Positions 46,194 through 55,814 of a stretch of 64,000 nt of DNA are shown piece after piece; the stretch's first letter is position 1, and the number at the start of each line of letters is the position of its first letter. This DNA is from Gammaproteobacteria bacterium. Lineage in GTDB: Bacteria; Pseudomonadota; Gammaproteobacteria; CBDBBL01. The DNA lies in the NCBI GenBank assembly GCA_965203125.1, contig CBDBBL010000018.1:90806-154805 (forward strand), in the 5' to 3' direction. The translations under genes and the position numbers were made by a program. The notes under the pieces are model-generated. The model made no database searches. It had not been told where the DNA came from and saw only the letters and a list, made by a program, of their open reading frames with translations.

Positions 46194-46901
46194 TTATTTC
46201 TTCAATTTTTTCATTCTTTCGATACAATCACCTAAAGGTTGATAAGTTACAAGCTGTTTATTTTCATGAAATCGATATATGATTTCATCAAATAATGTCT
46301 TTTTTGTCATGCGATCTCCATCAAGAAAACTATCACTAACTTCATCCCCTACCAATAAGTACGCCAACATCAAAAGATATAATGATTTTTGCAAATCATG
46401 AGGCACATCCGATATTGCACTTTGCACTAAAAAATTTGCATCATCAAAAATATTTTCACATATTTCTTGTAATCTATCTTTTAAATTATTTTCTTCATAT
46501 ACGAGCACATTGATACCAGCAAAATCTGATGGCACTAACTTCGCATCTGGAGTCAAAATATATACAGGCTTACCTTGAGCTGCAAACAAACCAACTTCAT
46601 AAAAAATATTGGCCAGTGTAGAGGAGCTATAATTTTCAGCTAAAATTACAACACCAAAGCCAACAGAGTAAATTTGCTGTACAATTTTTTGCAAACAACT
46701 TCCTTGACTATATTTGCTCGCATCAGTCATTTTAAATTTATTTTTGGTTAAAAAATTTTCTATCGACTTTTTGGACTTCCTCACTGCTTCAGTCTCACCG
46801 CCAATCTTCATCATAAAGAACCCAGTTCTCGGAGAAAATTTTAATCGTTTAACATTGATAAAATCACCTGGAAACTCACCTGCAGGATGAATGAACATCA
46901 A
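46194..46901 (-). CDS. Nucleoside 2-deoxyribosyltransferase/TIR-like Rossmannoid domain protein with helical C-terminal domain
   Basis: 235 aa; strand FFMMKIGG then ..ANIFYEVGLFAAQGKPVYIL resembling the D-x-G-T-x-(F/W)-E-x-G-x-A-x-x-x-G-K-P-V signature; stop abuts nif3 ATG (TAAATG). Confidence 0.45.
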   Translation of the reverse strand: MMFIHPAGEFPGDFINVKRLKFSPRTGFFMMKIGGETEAVRKSKKSIENFLTKNKFKMTDASKYSQGSCLQKIVQQIYSVGFGVVILAENYSSSTLANIFYEVGLFAAQGKPVYILTPDAKLVPSDFAGINVLVYEENNLKDRLQEICENIFDDANFLVQSAISDVPHDLQKSLYLLMLAYLLVGDEVSDSFLDGDRMTKKTLFDEIIYRFHENKQLVTYQPLGDCIERMKKLKK

Positions 46902-47065
46902 ACACTACCTTTGCGATGCCTAGCAATTGGAGTATTAGCATAAGGACCGGGGGATTTCTTTGTACTTAAAATTCTACCTGCTGTTCGATCTATTTTAACA
47001 TAACGTTGATTTCTCGGGTTCTTAACCTGTATCACATCATTTTTTTTTAGTATTTCAGCACTCAT
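46898..47065 (-). CDS. Small basic protein (55 aa), 4-nt overlap with the downstream NDT/TIR-like gene
   Basis: Below the ORF-track size cutoff; manual translation MSAEILKKNDVIQVKNPRNQRYVKIDRTAGRILSTKKSPGPYANTPIARHRKGSV; SD GAGAGG upstream of ATG 47065. Confidence 0.45.
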   Translation of the reverse strand: MSAEILKKNDVIQVKNPRNQRYVKIDRTAGRILSTKKSPGPYANTPIARHRKGSV

Positions 47066-47153
47066 AACAATAACCTCTCAAGCCTTTTGTTTTACTCACC
47101 ATTTTTATTGTATGGCATATACTTGAAGAAATCGACACTGTATTTACGCACAA

Positions 47154-47525
47154 TTAAGATAAGCACATACTCTTTGTACAAACTGCCTTCTTTTCTAGAA
47201 ATTCTTCCACACCATATACTCCACCTTCACGTCCAACTCCAGACTGCTTCATGCCACCAAAGGGTATATCTGGATGACTATATGCCGTAGTATTAACTGC
47301 AACAATACCTGTTTCTAGTCTTTCACTAACACGTGCCATTCTTGCCTTATCTTGTGTATATACATAACTGGCTAAACCATATTCAGTGTTATTCGCGAGC
47401 CGCACCGCTTCTTCACTGTCAAAACGGTAAACTACCAAGATAGGCGCAAATAGCTCTGCCTGGGAGATATCCATCTCATGAGTTGCATCAACAATCAACG
47501 TTGGTGCAAAAAAAGCACCTGAACC
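47154..47525 (-). pseudogene. Aldehyde dehydrogenase, C-terminal fragment (about 120 codons)
   Basis: ..GAFFAPTLIV..ELFAPILVV..EAVRLANNTEYGLASYVYT..FGGMKQSGVGREGG; upstream part of the gene is at 48966..49493. Confidence 0.85.
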
Positions 47526-47550
47526 TATACACCTATACACCTATACATAC
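47523..47550. repeat. Tandem 8-mer (acctatac x3.5) at the aldehyde dehydrogenase breakpoint
   Basis: acctatacacctatacacctatacatac read directly. Confidence 0.8.
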
Positions 47551-47555
47551 AGTTA

Positions 47556-47585
47556 TTGAAAATTAGATTGTTAGTGTTATATAAT
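47556..47585 (+). promoter_or_regulatory. Putative sigma-70 promoter of the inserted ATPase gene
   Basis: TTGAAA (47556-61), 18-nt spacer, TATAAT (47580-85). Confidence 0.5.
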
Positions 47586-47599
47586 GACAATGTTGAGGC

Positions 47600-48733
47600 T
47601 TGGAGTCTAATCAATTGCGCAAATTTATAATTAGAAGTGGTGAAGTGGATAGAGAGATTGAGATAGAGTCAGATCTCTTCAATGATCTTTTATCGAACGC
47701 AAAGATTCTTATTAATGGTCATCGAGGCATAGGTAAGACTTACTTCTTAGAGCATGTTTTAAAGAAATACTATGAAAGTTGTGGTTGGTTGTGTTTTTTG
47801 GAGCCATGTTATAGAGGGGTTAAACGGCATTCTGATTATTTAGCCGATAGGTTCAGGTATTGGGATAATGCTAGACCTTATACTACCCCTTTTACTTGGG
47901 CATGGAAAAAACGGCGCAGGAGAGGATATGAGCAAAGTAGGGCTATTGGGCTATCGGTAGCTGGGGTAAGTGCTTCAGTTGGTGCTGCAGAAAGTACACT
48001 AACAGATCGTCAAAATTTAGGGGATAGTTATGATGGTCATTTAGGCTTTGGGAATGTTGTAATACAATGGCTAAGAAATCACAAAAACAAGAAACTGCTT
48101 ATCGTTATAGATGAAATAAATAGGGTTGATCTTCATGATTCTAATTTTTTTGATAATTTAAAGCAGATATTTGATAGTTTTGACGTTAAAGGTAGAGTTC
48201 GTTTTGTTGCGTCGGGATCGAACAGTCATTTTATACATTATTTGTCATATCAGCATCGAATGTCAGAATACTTTAGTGAAAGGCATATGAAGAGTTTGCT
48301 CATAGATGATCTTTTATCTGAATGTATTGTGCCCAATTTTGACGCTGACGCCCCTCCAAATGAAGAAATCATACAATTGTTTAAAGATTTTTATTTGAAA
48401 GCTTTTCATGGAAACATTCGAGCTGTAAGAAAAATTTTGGTTGATGTTAGTTCTTCAACGACTGCGGCTGAGATTTGTAGTCTCATGAACGATTATATAA
48501 CCGCTGCTAATCATGCTAGATATCAATTTTCGATTTTTTTACAAAAACCACTAGAGGAAAGAGTAAATATAATAACAACTCTTAACGAAAATGCTGATGA
48601 CGGAGCTAGGGAGTTGCGTATTTCTGAGGGGGTAAGGGATCTTATCTACTACAATCAACTTCTTGTTGGTGGTGAGGTTGGCATTCTTGGACATAATCCT
48701 GGCATAATAGAACAGCTAAGCCTTGTCCGGTAA
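47600..48733 (+). CDS. ORC/Cdc6-like AAA+ ATPase (orphan), opposite strand to its flanks
   Basis: Walker A NGHRGIGKTY, Walker B LLIVIDEINRVD, sensor-1-like FVASGSN, lid FHGNIRAVRKIL; start TTG 47600 or, more likely, TTG 47615 (GGAG 9 nt upstream). Confidence 0.65.
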   Translation: MESNQLRKFIIRSGEVDREIEIESDLFNDLLSNAKILINGHRGIGKTYFLEHVLKKYYESCGWLCFLEPCYRGVKRHSDYLADRFRYWDNARPYTTPFTWAWKKRRRRGYEQSRAIGLSVAGVSASVGAAESTLTDRQNLGDSYDGHLGFGNVVIQWLRNHKNKKLLIVIDEINRVDLHDSNFFDNLKQIFDSFDVKGRVRFVASGSNSHFIHYLSYQHRMSEYFSERHMKSLLIDDLLSECIVPNFDADAPPNEEIIQLFKDFYLKAFHGNIRAVRKILVDVSSSTTAAEICSLMNDYITAANHARYQFSIFLQKPLEERVNIITTLNENADDGARELRISEGVRDLIYYNQLLVGGEVGILGHNPGIIEQLSLVR

Positions 48734-48847
48734 GATTATACTGGGCATGGAAATTACACTGGAAGCATGTCTATAAATTCGTGGATTTGCGTCAAATACT
48801 TAATATTGAAATACAGGCGACTTATTATACCTTTATTTGCTAGAGGG

Positions 48848-48964
48848 TTCTGTCGCAAACGGAAGATGATGTGTTAAACTGTTTGTAAAATCACAGGAGT
48901 GAGCAGATGGCAATCGATTTTTCAGGAAGACATTATCCAAAAGATATCGTGTTATGTGCAGTGC
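48848..48964 (+). mobile_element. IS6-family left end fragment (terminal IR plus first 19 transposase codons)
   Basis: ggttctgtcgcaaa IR; ATG 48907 MAIDFSGRHYPKDIVLCAV matching the remnant at 9950..10484; abuts the aldehyde dehydrogenase fragment. Confidence 0.8.
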
Positions 48965-48965
48965 C

Positions 48966-49493
48966 TTAGTATGTAGCACACCCTGCTGCCAACGCCGCCC
49001 CCAACTTTCTTAAAGCAAGCAACACTGGAAAATTCCAAGCCGTCACTAACAAAACAACACCCACTGACTGATAGCTCGTTTGATAACGCATACCGGTCTG
49101 ATTATTAACAATCACTTGATCATGAAGTTGGCCAACTAGTTGATTAATTGCATCTATCGACGATTGTAAACAAGCCATACCATATTTGATTTCTTTCTTA
49201 GCTTCTGAAAGAGGTTTGCCTTGTTCTTGAGTCAACAATCTCGCTAATGAATCACTATTGTTCTCAATCAGCAGCATCCACCGAGTTAACAACTCTGAAC
49301 GATCTTGAATAGTCGCACCTTGCCAAGCATTCAATGATGATTGAGCAGAATCAATTGCACAAATAGCATCATCTTCTGCCATATCAGCTACCTGAGCAAT
49401 TATTTTATTATTTGCAGGATCTTTAACAGTAAAGGTCTTACCCGAAAGCGAACCGACCCACTTCCCGTTGATTAATCCTTTCTTAGATTCCAT
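48966..49493 (-). pseudogene. Aldehyde dehydrogenase, N-terminal fragment (175 codons)
   Basis: INGKWV.., TAWNFPVLLALRKLGAALAAGC then premature stop at the IS6 junction; catalytic Glu/Cys region missing. Confidence 0.85.
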
Positions 49494-49518
49494 AGTTAAC
49501 CTGCATATCTCTACTCAC

Positions 49519-49621
49519 TATACCCATCGCCATTCAAGACGCCAGAGCTTTAACAAAATGAATTTTAATTTTGCAGAATTCATAAAGTTAAAATCCAGTT
49601 TCTTGAATGGTGATGGGTATA
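49519..49621. mobile_element. Family A MITE, short variant (103 bp, central portion deleted)
   Basis: tatacccatcgccattcaagacgccagagctttaac ... ccagtttcttgaatggtgatgggtata. Confidence 0.8.
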
Positions 49622-49646
49622 TCACTGAAGAAAACATTGACTAATT

Positions 49647-51095
49647 TTACCCTAAGAAAATCATGCGGCAGGCATTAAATAAAACACTAGGAAATATACC
49701 TAGGAACAATAGTAATATGCTATTGATAGCAATCGCAATTTGCACATCCAAAGGTAATTTGATTGGCATGGGATCAGTATCATTTTTTTCGAAATACATC
49801 ACTTTCACAAGATTTAGATAATAGTAAGCACCCACAATGGCAAATAAAAGCGCGACCACAACCAACCAAATCATACCCACATTGACCAAAGCTTCTAACA
49901 CGCTTAACTTAGCCATAAACCCAACCAATGGTGGAATACCAGCCATTGAAAATAAAATAAGCAACCATAAAAATGCAAACCAGCTATGTCGTTGATTCAA
50001 TCCTTTTATATCGTCAATGGTTTCAATACAAACACCCCGACGATTCATGATCGTTAACAGTCCCAACGCTGCTGTTGTCATCATCACATAACTAATCATA
50101 TAAAAAACAGAAGCAGCATATCCTTGCAATGTTCCTGCCACAAAACCTAACAGCATATAACCAATATGAGCAATCGACGAATAAGCAAACAGGCGCTTTA
50201 GATTTTTTTGGCTAAGTGCCACAATATTCCCTAGTCCAATAGAAAGCACTGAGATTAAAATCAAAATTTCATGCCACTGAATACTCAAACTCGGCAATGC
50301 ATCATCAAGCAGACGAAACAACATCGCCAATACAGCAAGTTTAGGAACACTCGCAACAAACAAAGTGACACTCATAGGCGCACCATCATAAACATCTGGC
50401 ACCCAAGAATGAAATGGAGCAGCACCTAGTTTAAATAAGACAGCAATCAAGATAAACACTAGCCCTATGAGCAACATGAGGTTATGCATTAACTGCTTAG
50501 TGGCTATGATGCTAGCAATTTTCGATAAATCCAACGCACCACAACTCCCATACACTAAAGAGAAGCCATATAATAATAGCGCAGAAGCTAATGCACCCAT
50601 GATAAAATATTTAGTTGCCGACTCTAAAGCTCGATCATCTTTTCGCCTCAACGCAACTAATGCATAGATAGGCAAAGACAACAGCTCCAATCCTAGAAAT
50701 AATGTGATGAGGTTTTGACCTGAAATTAAAACCATCATGCCCAGTACGGACAATAAAGAAAGCACATAATACTCACCAACGGCTCCCTGTTTCGTTGCCA
50801 CTCCTAGGGTCTCAATCACATAATCACGAGAATACACAAACACAAACCCAGTCAGCAATAACAGCATAAACTTTAAAAGCACCGCTAAATGGTCAACAAT
50901 AAATAAGTCATGAAAGGCTAATTGTTTATTCACGTTCATGAGTTGGCACACACTGAAAAATGCCAACACAAGTGTTAATTGAGCTAGGAGGTAAATCCAA
51001 CGTTGCACTTTCTCTTGGCAACAAACATGCAACATCAAAATGCTACAAGCACCGATTAAAATAATAATTTCAGGTAACGCGAGTAATCCATTCAT
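49647..51095 (-). CDS. nuoN: NADH-quinone oxidoreductase subunit N
   Basis: 482 aa, 14-TM antiporter-like subunit; last gene of nuo operon. Confidence 0.93.
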   Translation of the reverse strand: MNGLLALPEIIILIGACSILMLHVCCQEKVQRWIYLLAQLTLVLAFFSVCQLMNVNKQLAFHDLFIVDHLAVLLKFMLLLLTGFVFVYSRDYVIETLGVATKQGAVGEYYVLSLLSVLGMMVLISGQNLITLFLGLELLSLPIYALVALRRKDDRALESATKYFIMGALASALLLYGFSLVYGSCGALDLSKIASIIATKQLMHNLMLLIGLVFILIAVLFKLGAAPFHSWVPDVYDGAPMSVTLFVASVPKLAVLAMLFRLLDDALPSLSIQWHEILILISVLSIGLGNIVALSQKNLKRLFAYSSIAHIGYMLLGFVAGTLQGYAASVFYMISYVMMTTAALGLLTIMNRRGVCIETIDDIKGLNQRHSWFAFLWLLILFSMAGIPPLVGFMAKLSVLEALVNVGMIWLVVVALLFAIVGAYYYLNLVKVMYFEKNDTDPMPIKLPLDVQIAIAINSILLLFLGIFPSVLFNACRMIFLG

Positions 51096-51105
51096 TCAGT
51101 TATTC

Positions 51106-52626
51106 CTAACGCATACTTAAAGTTAAAATGTGTGCAACCGTTTTATGTAGCACCTCTAATAACGGCTGAGGATATAATCCTATCAGAAACACCATACCTG
51201 CCAATAAAATGAAGACAATCAGTTCAACACCACATATATCAGATAATCCAGCAATTTCTTGGGTCTTCACCTCACCAAAAAAGACTCGTTTAAACATCCA
51301 TAAAGTATACACTGCACTGATCACTAAAGTTGAAGCAGCCATTAGCGTCACCCAAAAACTCACATGAAAACTTGCCAATAAGATCATGAATTCACCAACA
51401 AAACTAGAGGTTCCTGGTAGCCCAACATTCGCCATCGCAAATACCATAAAAAATGCAGTAAAAATCGGCATTGACTTTGCAATTCCACCAAACGCATTAA
51501 TATCACGGGTTTTCATGCGTTGATATAACATTCCAAAACCAATAAACATCGCTCCTGCACCAAAGGCATGTGAAATCATTTGTACCATTGCACCCTCGAG
51601 GCTCATGTCTGCGTTGATTACACTCCCTTGATCTACGTGGAAAAAGATCAGATAGGCCATAAAACAACCCAGGGTTACAAAGCCCATATGAGCAACCGAG
51701 GAATAAGCAATTAATTTCTTCATATCTGTTTGCGCAATCGCAATCAATCCAATATAAACAATCGCAATCAGTGAAAGAATAATCATCATCCAAGCAAACT
51801 GATGGCAAGCATGCGGAACAATAGGCAAACTAAAACGTAAGAAACCATAGCCTCCAAGTTTAAGCATTAAAGCAGCTAGAATAACAGAGCCGCCCGCAGG
51901 TGCTTCAGTATGGGCATCAGGCAACCAAGTATGAAATGGCCACATCGGCATTTTCACCGCAAAGGCTAAAAAGAAGGCCAAAAACAACCAAAATTCTTCT
52001 CTCATCGTTAGATGTGCTTGATAAAATTCTGCAATATTAAAACTGCCCGTCTTGTAGTGTAAATACAACAGTGCCACTAACATGAACAATGAGCCTAGAA
52101 AGGTAAATAAGAAAAATTTAATAGAAGCATAGGAACGGTTCTTTCCTCCCCAAATTCCAATACTCAAATACATTGGAATCAACATCGCTTCCCAAAAAAT
52201 GTAGAACAACATCGCATCTGTGGCACAAAACACACCCACAACCATTGCCTGCATTAATAAGAAAATGGCTAAATATTGCGACACCTTCTCATGGACCATG
52301 CGCCAACTACCCAAAATAACCACAACAGAAGTAAAGCAAGTTAAGGTCACCATCGGCATCGAAATGCCATCAACCCCAAGTCCGTAATGAATGCCAAAAC
52401 TACTCAGCCAAGTGAGCTGCTCTGTATATTGCATATGCCAACTATGCACATTAAAACCATGCCACATAACACCACAAAGTGCTAAGGAAATCAGCGTTGT
52501 CATCAACGCTAAATAACGTGCATTTTGATGACGAGATTCTCCGCGAAACCCTAATAAGATGATACTACTACACACGGGCAACCAAATAAGCAAACTCAAC
52601 AAAAGATGATTTCCTAACGCATTCAT
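51106..52626 (-). CDS. nuoM: NADH-quinone oxidoreductase subunit M
   Basis: 506 aa antiporter-like; WLPDAHTEAP motif. Confidence 0.95.
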   Translation of the reverse strand: MNALGNHLLLSLLIWLPVCSSIILLGFRGESRHQNARYLALMTTLISLALCGVMWHGFNVHSWHMQYTEQLTWLSSFGIHYGLGVDGISMPMVTLTCFTSVVVILGSWRMVHEKVSQYLAIFLLMQAMVVGVFCATDAMLFYIFWEAMLIPMYLSIGIWGGKNRSYASIKFFLFTFLGSLFMLVALLYLHYKTGSFNIAEFYQAHLTMREEFWLFLAFFLAFAVKMPMWPFHTWLPDAHTEAPAGGSVILAALMLKLGGYGFLRFSLPIVPHACHQFAWMMIILSLIAIVYIGLIAIAQTDMKKLIAYSSVAHMGFVTLGCFMAYLIFFHVDQGSVINADMSLEGAMVQMISHAFGAGAMFIGFGMLYQRMKTRDINAFGGIAKSMPIFTAFFMVFAMANVGLPGTSSFVGEFMILLASFHVSFWVTLMAASTLVISAVYTLWMFKRVFFGEVKTQEIAGLSDICGVELIVFILLAGMVFLIGLYPQPLLEVLHKTVAHILTLSMR

Positions 52627-54590
52627 AATACGACAACTCCCACCAATAACAATAACAGCCCAAGCACCATAATCAATGCATAATGGTAAAGATACCCTGT
52701 CTGCAAGCGTTTCAGTTGTAGAGACATCTTATTAAAAACTCGCCCAGCTCCATTAATAATACCAGCATCCAACCATTTCATATCAGCCACATAAAATAAA
52801 TAATTGGCTAGCCGACTAATCGGTCGCACCAATACCAACTGATTGAAAGCATCAAAACCATACTTATGACTCAATAATGCATACCCCCACTGGCAATGCT
52901 TTCTCACTTTCGCAGGAATATCGGTGCATATACAGTAACTCAACCATGCCACAAAAACCCCTAAAAGCATCATCCAGAATGGTAGATGTTGCACACTTTC
53001 TAGAACAAGACTCCATACACCATGGAACTGCGCTTTAACATGTAAAAAGCTCGCATGAATTGGCAACACCATCACTGCATTTGCTAACCAAGCATGCTTA
53101 CTATATAACAAAGGAACTGCCCATATTACCCCTAAACCCACAGATAAAATCGCTAACACAATTAACGGCACAGTAATCACCCAAGAAGACTCCTTAATGT
53201 GATCTTTCACTGTATCATCACTGCGATTGACACCATGAAAAGTCATAAAGAACGCACGAAAAATATATAAACTTGTCACGAATGCACCCAAAGTTAAGCA
53301 CCAGTAAGCATATCCACTTGACCACAAGTGTGACACTGAAACAGCTTCAATAATCGCATCTTTAGAATAGAAACCTGCAAAAGGAGGTACAGCCGCTAGT
53401 GCCAACGCACCAATTAAGAAAGTAACATAAGTAATTGGCATTTTACGACGTAACCCACCCATCTTACGCATATCTTGTTCATGGTGACAAGCGACAATCA
53501 CAGAACCTGCTGCCAAAAATAATAAAGCTTTAAATGCCGCATGAGTTGCCAAATGAAAAATACCTGCCGAAAAAGCAGATGTGCCATTAGCAGCCATCAT
53601 ATAACCCAGTTGCGACATGGTTGAGTAGGCAATCACACGTTTAATATCATTCTGCACAATCCCTACCAAGCCTAAAAATAAAGCACCTGTAGAGCCCACC
53701 AGTAATATCATATTGAGCGCAGTCGTTGAATACTCAAATAGTGGTGATAAACGAGCAACCAAGTACACCCCAGCTGTCACCATCGTTGCCGCATGAATCA
53801 GTGCAGAAATAGGCGTTGGCCCTTCCATCGACTCTGGCAACCAAACATGCAATGGAATCTGTGCTGATTTTGCCATCGCACCAATAAACAACAAAATACA
53901 AATCATACTAGCCACTGACCAGTGCCAGTTCAGAAAGTGAGGAAAGATGGTAACAGTGAGATGTGCTAATTTTGGTGCAACGGTGAATAAATCGGTATAT
54001 TGTAATGAACCTGCATATTTCAACACAGCCGCAATCCCTAAGAGAAATGCTACATCACCAATTCTGTTGACAATAAAAGCTTTAAAGCTTCCCACCGCTA
54101 CAGAATCTTTGTGGTACCAAAATCCAATCAACAAATAAGACACCAAGCCAACCCCTTCCCATCCAAAAAACAGCTGCAAAAAGTTATCGGCAGTGACCAA
54201 TGTCAACATCATAAAAGTGAACAGCGACATATAACTGAAAAAACGTGCAAATCCAAGATCTCCACGCATATACCCCACACTGTATAAATGCACCAGCGTT
54301 GAAACAAGCGTCACCACCAACAGCATAATCACCGTCAGATGATCAACCAAAACTGCCGCACGTAGGTGGATATGTCCAACATCTACCCATTGGTACAATA
54401 GAAAACGATGTGCAGGCAAATTGTGGTGTGTGACCTGGTAGAAAAGAATAATGCTTGCCACGGTTGAAACAGTCATCAAGATGATGGTAATAACTGCCGT
54501 CAATGAATCTCCAAGTTTTTTACCTAAAAATCCTGCAATCACTGCGCTTAGAAGAGGTGTTAATAGCGCAATGAGTAGAAGTGATTTCAT
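52623..54590 (-). CDS. nuoL: NADH-quinone oxidoreductase subunit L
   Basis: 655 aa antiporter-like; WLPESMEGPTPISALIHAATMV. Confidence 0.95.
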   Translation of the reverse strand: MKSLLLIALLTPLLSAVIAGFLGKKLGDSLTAVITIILMTVSTVASIILFYQVTHHNLPAHRFLLYQWVDVGHIHLRAAVLVDHLTVIMLLVVTLVSTLVHLYSVGYMRGDLGFARFFSYMSLFTFMMLTLVTADNFLQLFFGWEGVGLVSYLLIGFWYHKDSVAVGSFKAFIVNRIGDVAFLLGIAAVLKYAGSLQYTDLFTVAPKLAHLTVTIFPHFLNWHWSVASMICILLFIGAMAKSAQIPLHVWLPESMEGPTPISALIHAATMVTAGVYLVARLSPLFEYSTTALNMILLVGSTGALFLGLVGIVQNDIKRVIAYSTMSQLGYMMAANGTSAFSAGIFHLATHAAFKALLFLAAGSVIVACHHEQDMRKMGGLRRKMPITYVTFLIGALALAAVPPFAGFYSKDAIIEAVSVSHLWSSGYAYWCLTLGAFVTSLYIFRAFFMTFHGVNRSDDTVKDHIKESSWVITVPLIVLAILSVGLGVIWAVPLLYSKHAWLANAVMVLPIHASFLHVKAQFHGVWSLVLESVQHLPFWMMLLGVFVAWLSYCICTDIPAKVRKHCQWGYALLSHKYGFDAFNQLVLVRPISRLANYLFYVADMKWLDAGIINGAGRVFNKMSLQLKRLQTGYLYHYALIMVLGLLLLLVGVVVL

Positions 54591-54671
54591 CGATTAACCT
54601 AACGTTATTATGAATTGGCGACAGTATCGCGAAAAAGTGGGGTTACTTCAAGGGTTGAGCTATATTGAACA

Positions 54672-55088
54672 CTATTTTGTTGCAGGAAAGAGGTATCTAA
54701 CCACTCCCATTAATAAACCAATGGTATTCACAACTGTTGTTCCTAAAAATGTCATCATGACGTTGTCGTCTATGTGAAAATACCAATGATGATTGACGCA
54801 CATTAAAGTCGTAGCAACTAATAAATAGCCCCCAACCAAATAAAAAATCTTAGATGTCCATTTTTTTCGAGCATCTTTGTTATCTTTGAATTGTTCATTT
54901 TCCAAATCAACTCTGGAATTTTCCATTTCTAAACGTTGGTTCTCTAACCCAAGCTTATCCAAATCATGCTTACGTACAGATTGCAAATACTCTTTTGTCT
55001 CCCTATCTGAGTCAACGCTAGCACTATCGACAATCGATATATGATCATCTAAAAGCTCCAATGATTGCCCTTTATCATTCAAGCTCAT
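54672..55088 (-). CDS. Small membrane protein (138 aa): acidic coiled-coil N-half, two C-terminal TM helices; candidate toxin partner of the DUF4065 protein
   Basis: LENQRLEMENSRVDLENEQF then IFYLVGGYLLVATTLMCV and TFLGTTVVNTIGLLMGVV; TAATG overlap with the upstream gene. Confidence 0.5.
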   Translation of the reverse strand: MSLNDKGQSLELLDDHISIVDSASVDSDRETKEYLQSVRKHDLDKLGLENQRLEMENSRVDLENEQFKDNKDARKKWTSKIFYLVGGYLLVATTLMCVNHHWYFHIDDNVMMTFLGTTVVNTIGLLMGVVRYLFPATK

Positions 55089-55621
55089 TAATCAGTTTTC
55101 TCCACATCATCTGGTTTCAAAAACTTGCTAAAATATCCAGCCAACTCACTATCATCAATTACCGTTGATCGAACATTCTTACCACCTTTTTTATTCCAAA
55201 ACTTATCCCAAGGACTCTCTTCCTCATGTGTCCAGTTAGAAAGTTGGATACCCGTATATTTACCAAAAGATCTCCATACCGCCTGCAATATCTTTATCAT
55301 CTTTGTATCCGTACTTGGCACAGTAGGGTCCTCATACTCGGTAACATCATCATCTAGCCCTATCAACATTTCATCCTGAGGTAATAATTTAGAAATAGGC
55401 CGATTTCCATTCACTTTAATTTCATGATATAAATCACGAATAACAGGCCCATATTTCCATGCCTCAACAACCGCATCACATATTGGTTCCTGAGGGTTTA
55501 TTGCCAAACTCAACCCTTGAGCAACATAAACCAGCTTCATTAGCTTCATCTGCTCAATTGGATTTCCTTCGAGAATTCCTTTCTGAATAAACCAATTCGC
55601 AACTGCTCTAACTTGATACAT
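55088..55621 (-). CDS. Panacea/DUF4065 (GepA/SocA-like) antitoxin-domain protein
   Basis: MYQVRAVANWFIQKG...QMKLMKLVYVAQGLSLA...EAWKYGPVIRDLY matches the DUF4065 signature from memory; ATG 55621 with AGGAG 6 nt upstream. Confidence 0.7.
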   Translation of the reverse strand: MYQVRAVANWFIQKGILEGNPIEQMKLMKLVYVAQGLSLAINPQEPICDAVVEAWKYGPVIRDLYHEIKVNGNRPISKLLPQDEMLIGLDDDVTEYEDPTVPSTDTKMIKILQAVWRSFGKYTGIQLSNWTHEEESPWDKFWNKKGGKNVRSTVIDDSELAGYFSKFLKPDDVEKTD

Positions 55622-55633
55622 AACCATCTCCTG

Positions 55634-55657
55634 CAAATGACATTAATTCGTCATTTG
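55634..55657. promoter_or_regulatory. Perfect palindrome abutting the RBS of the DUF4065 gene (candidate autoregulatory operator)
   Basis: caaatgac-attaattc-gtcatttg; TTGAAA -35-like hexamer just upstream on the minus strand (55668-55663). Confidence 0.5.
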
Positions 55658-55769
55658 ACAATTTCAATCTAACATAAACCAAAGAAAAAAGTAATACGGT
55701 AACATAACTACTCATTGTGTCATCCTGCGCGTAGCCCCAGAATCTATATTCACCCTAGAAACTTGAATA

Positions 55770-55814
55770 CTAGACTCCGCGATTTCGCGCAAAATAACGA
55801 GTGAGCAACTATAA
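55770..55814. repeat. About 45-bp repeat, copy 2 (see 31142)
   Basis: ctagactccgcgatttcgcgcaaaataacgagtgagcaactata; lies just downstream of nuoK, at the start of the inserted cassette. Confidence 0.7.

Noticed and set aside
47523-47550. Short tandem repeat considered as a CRISPR or regulatory array
   Set aside because: The 8-bp units are contiguous, with no spacers, over only 28 bp. This is a microsatellite-like junction scar, not a CRISPR array.
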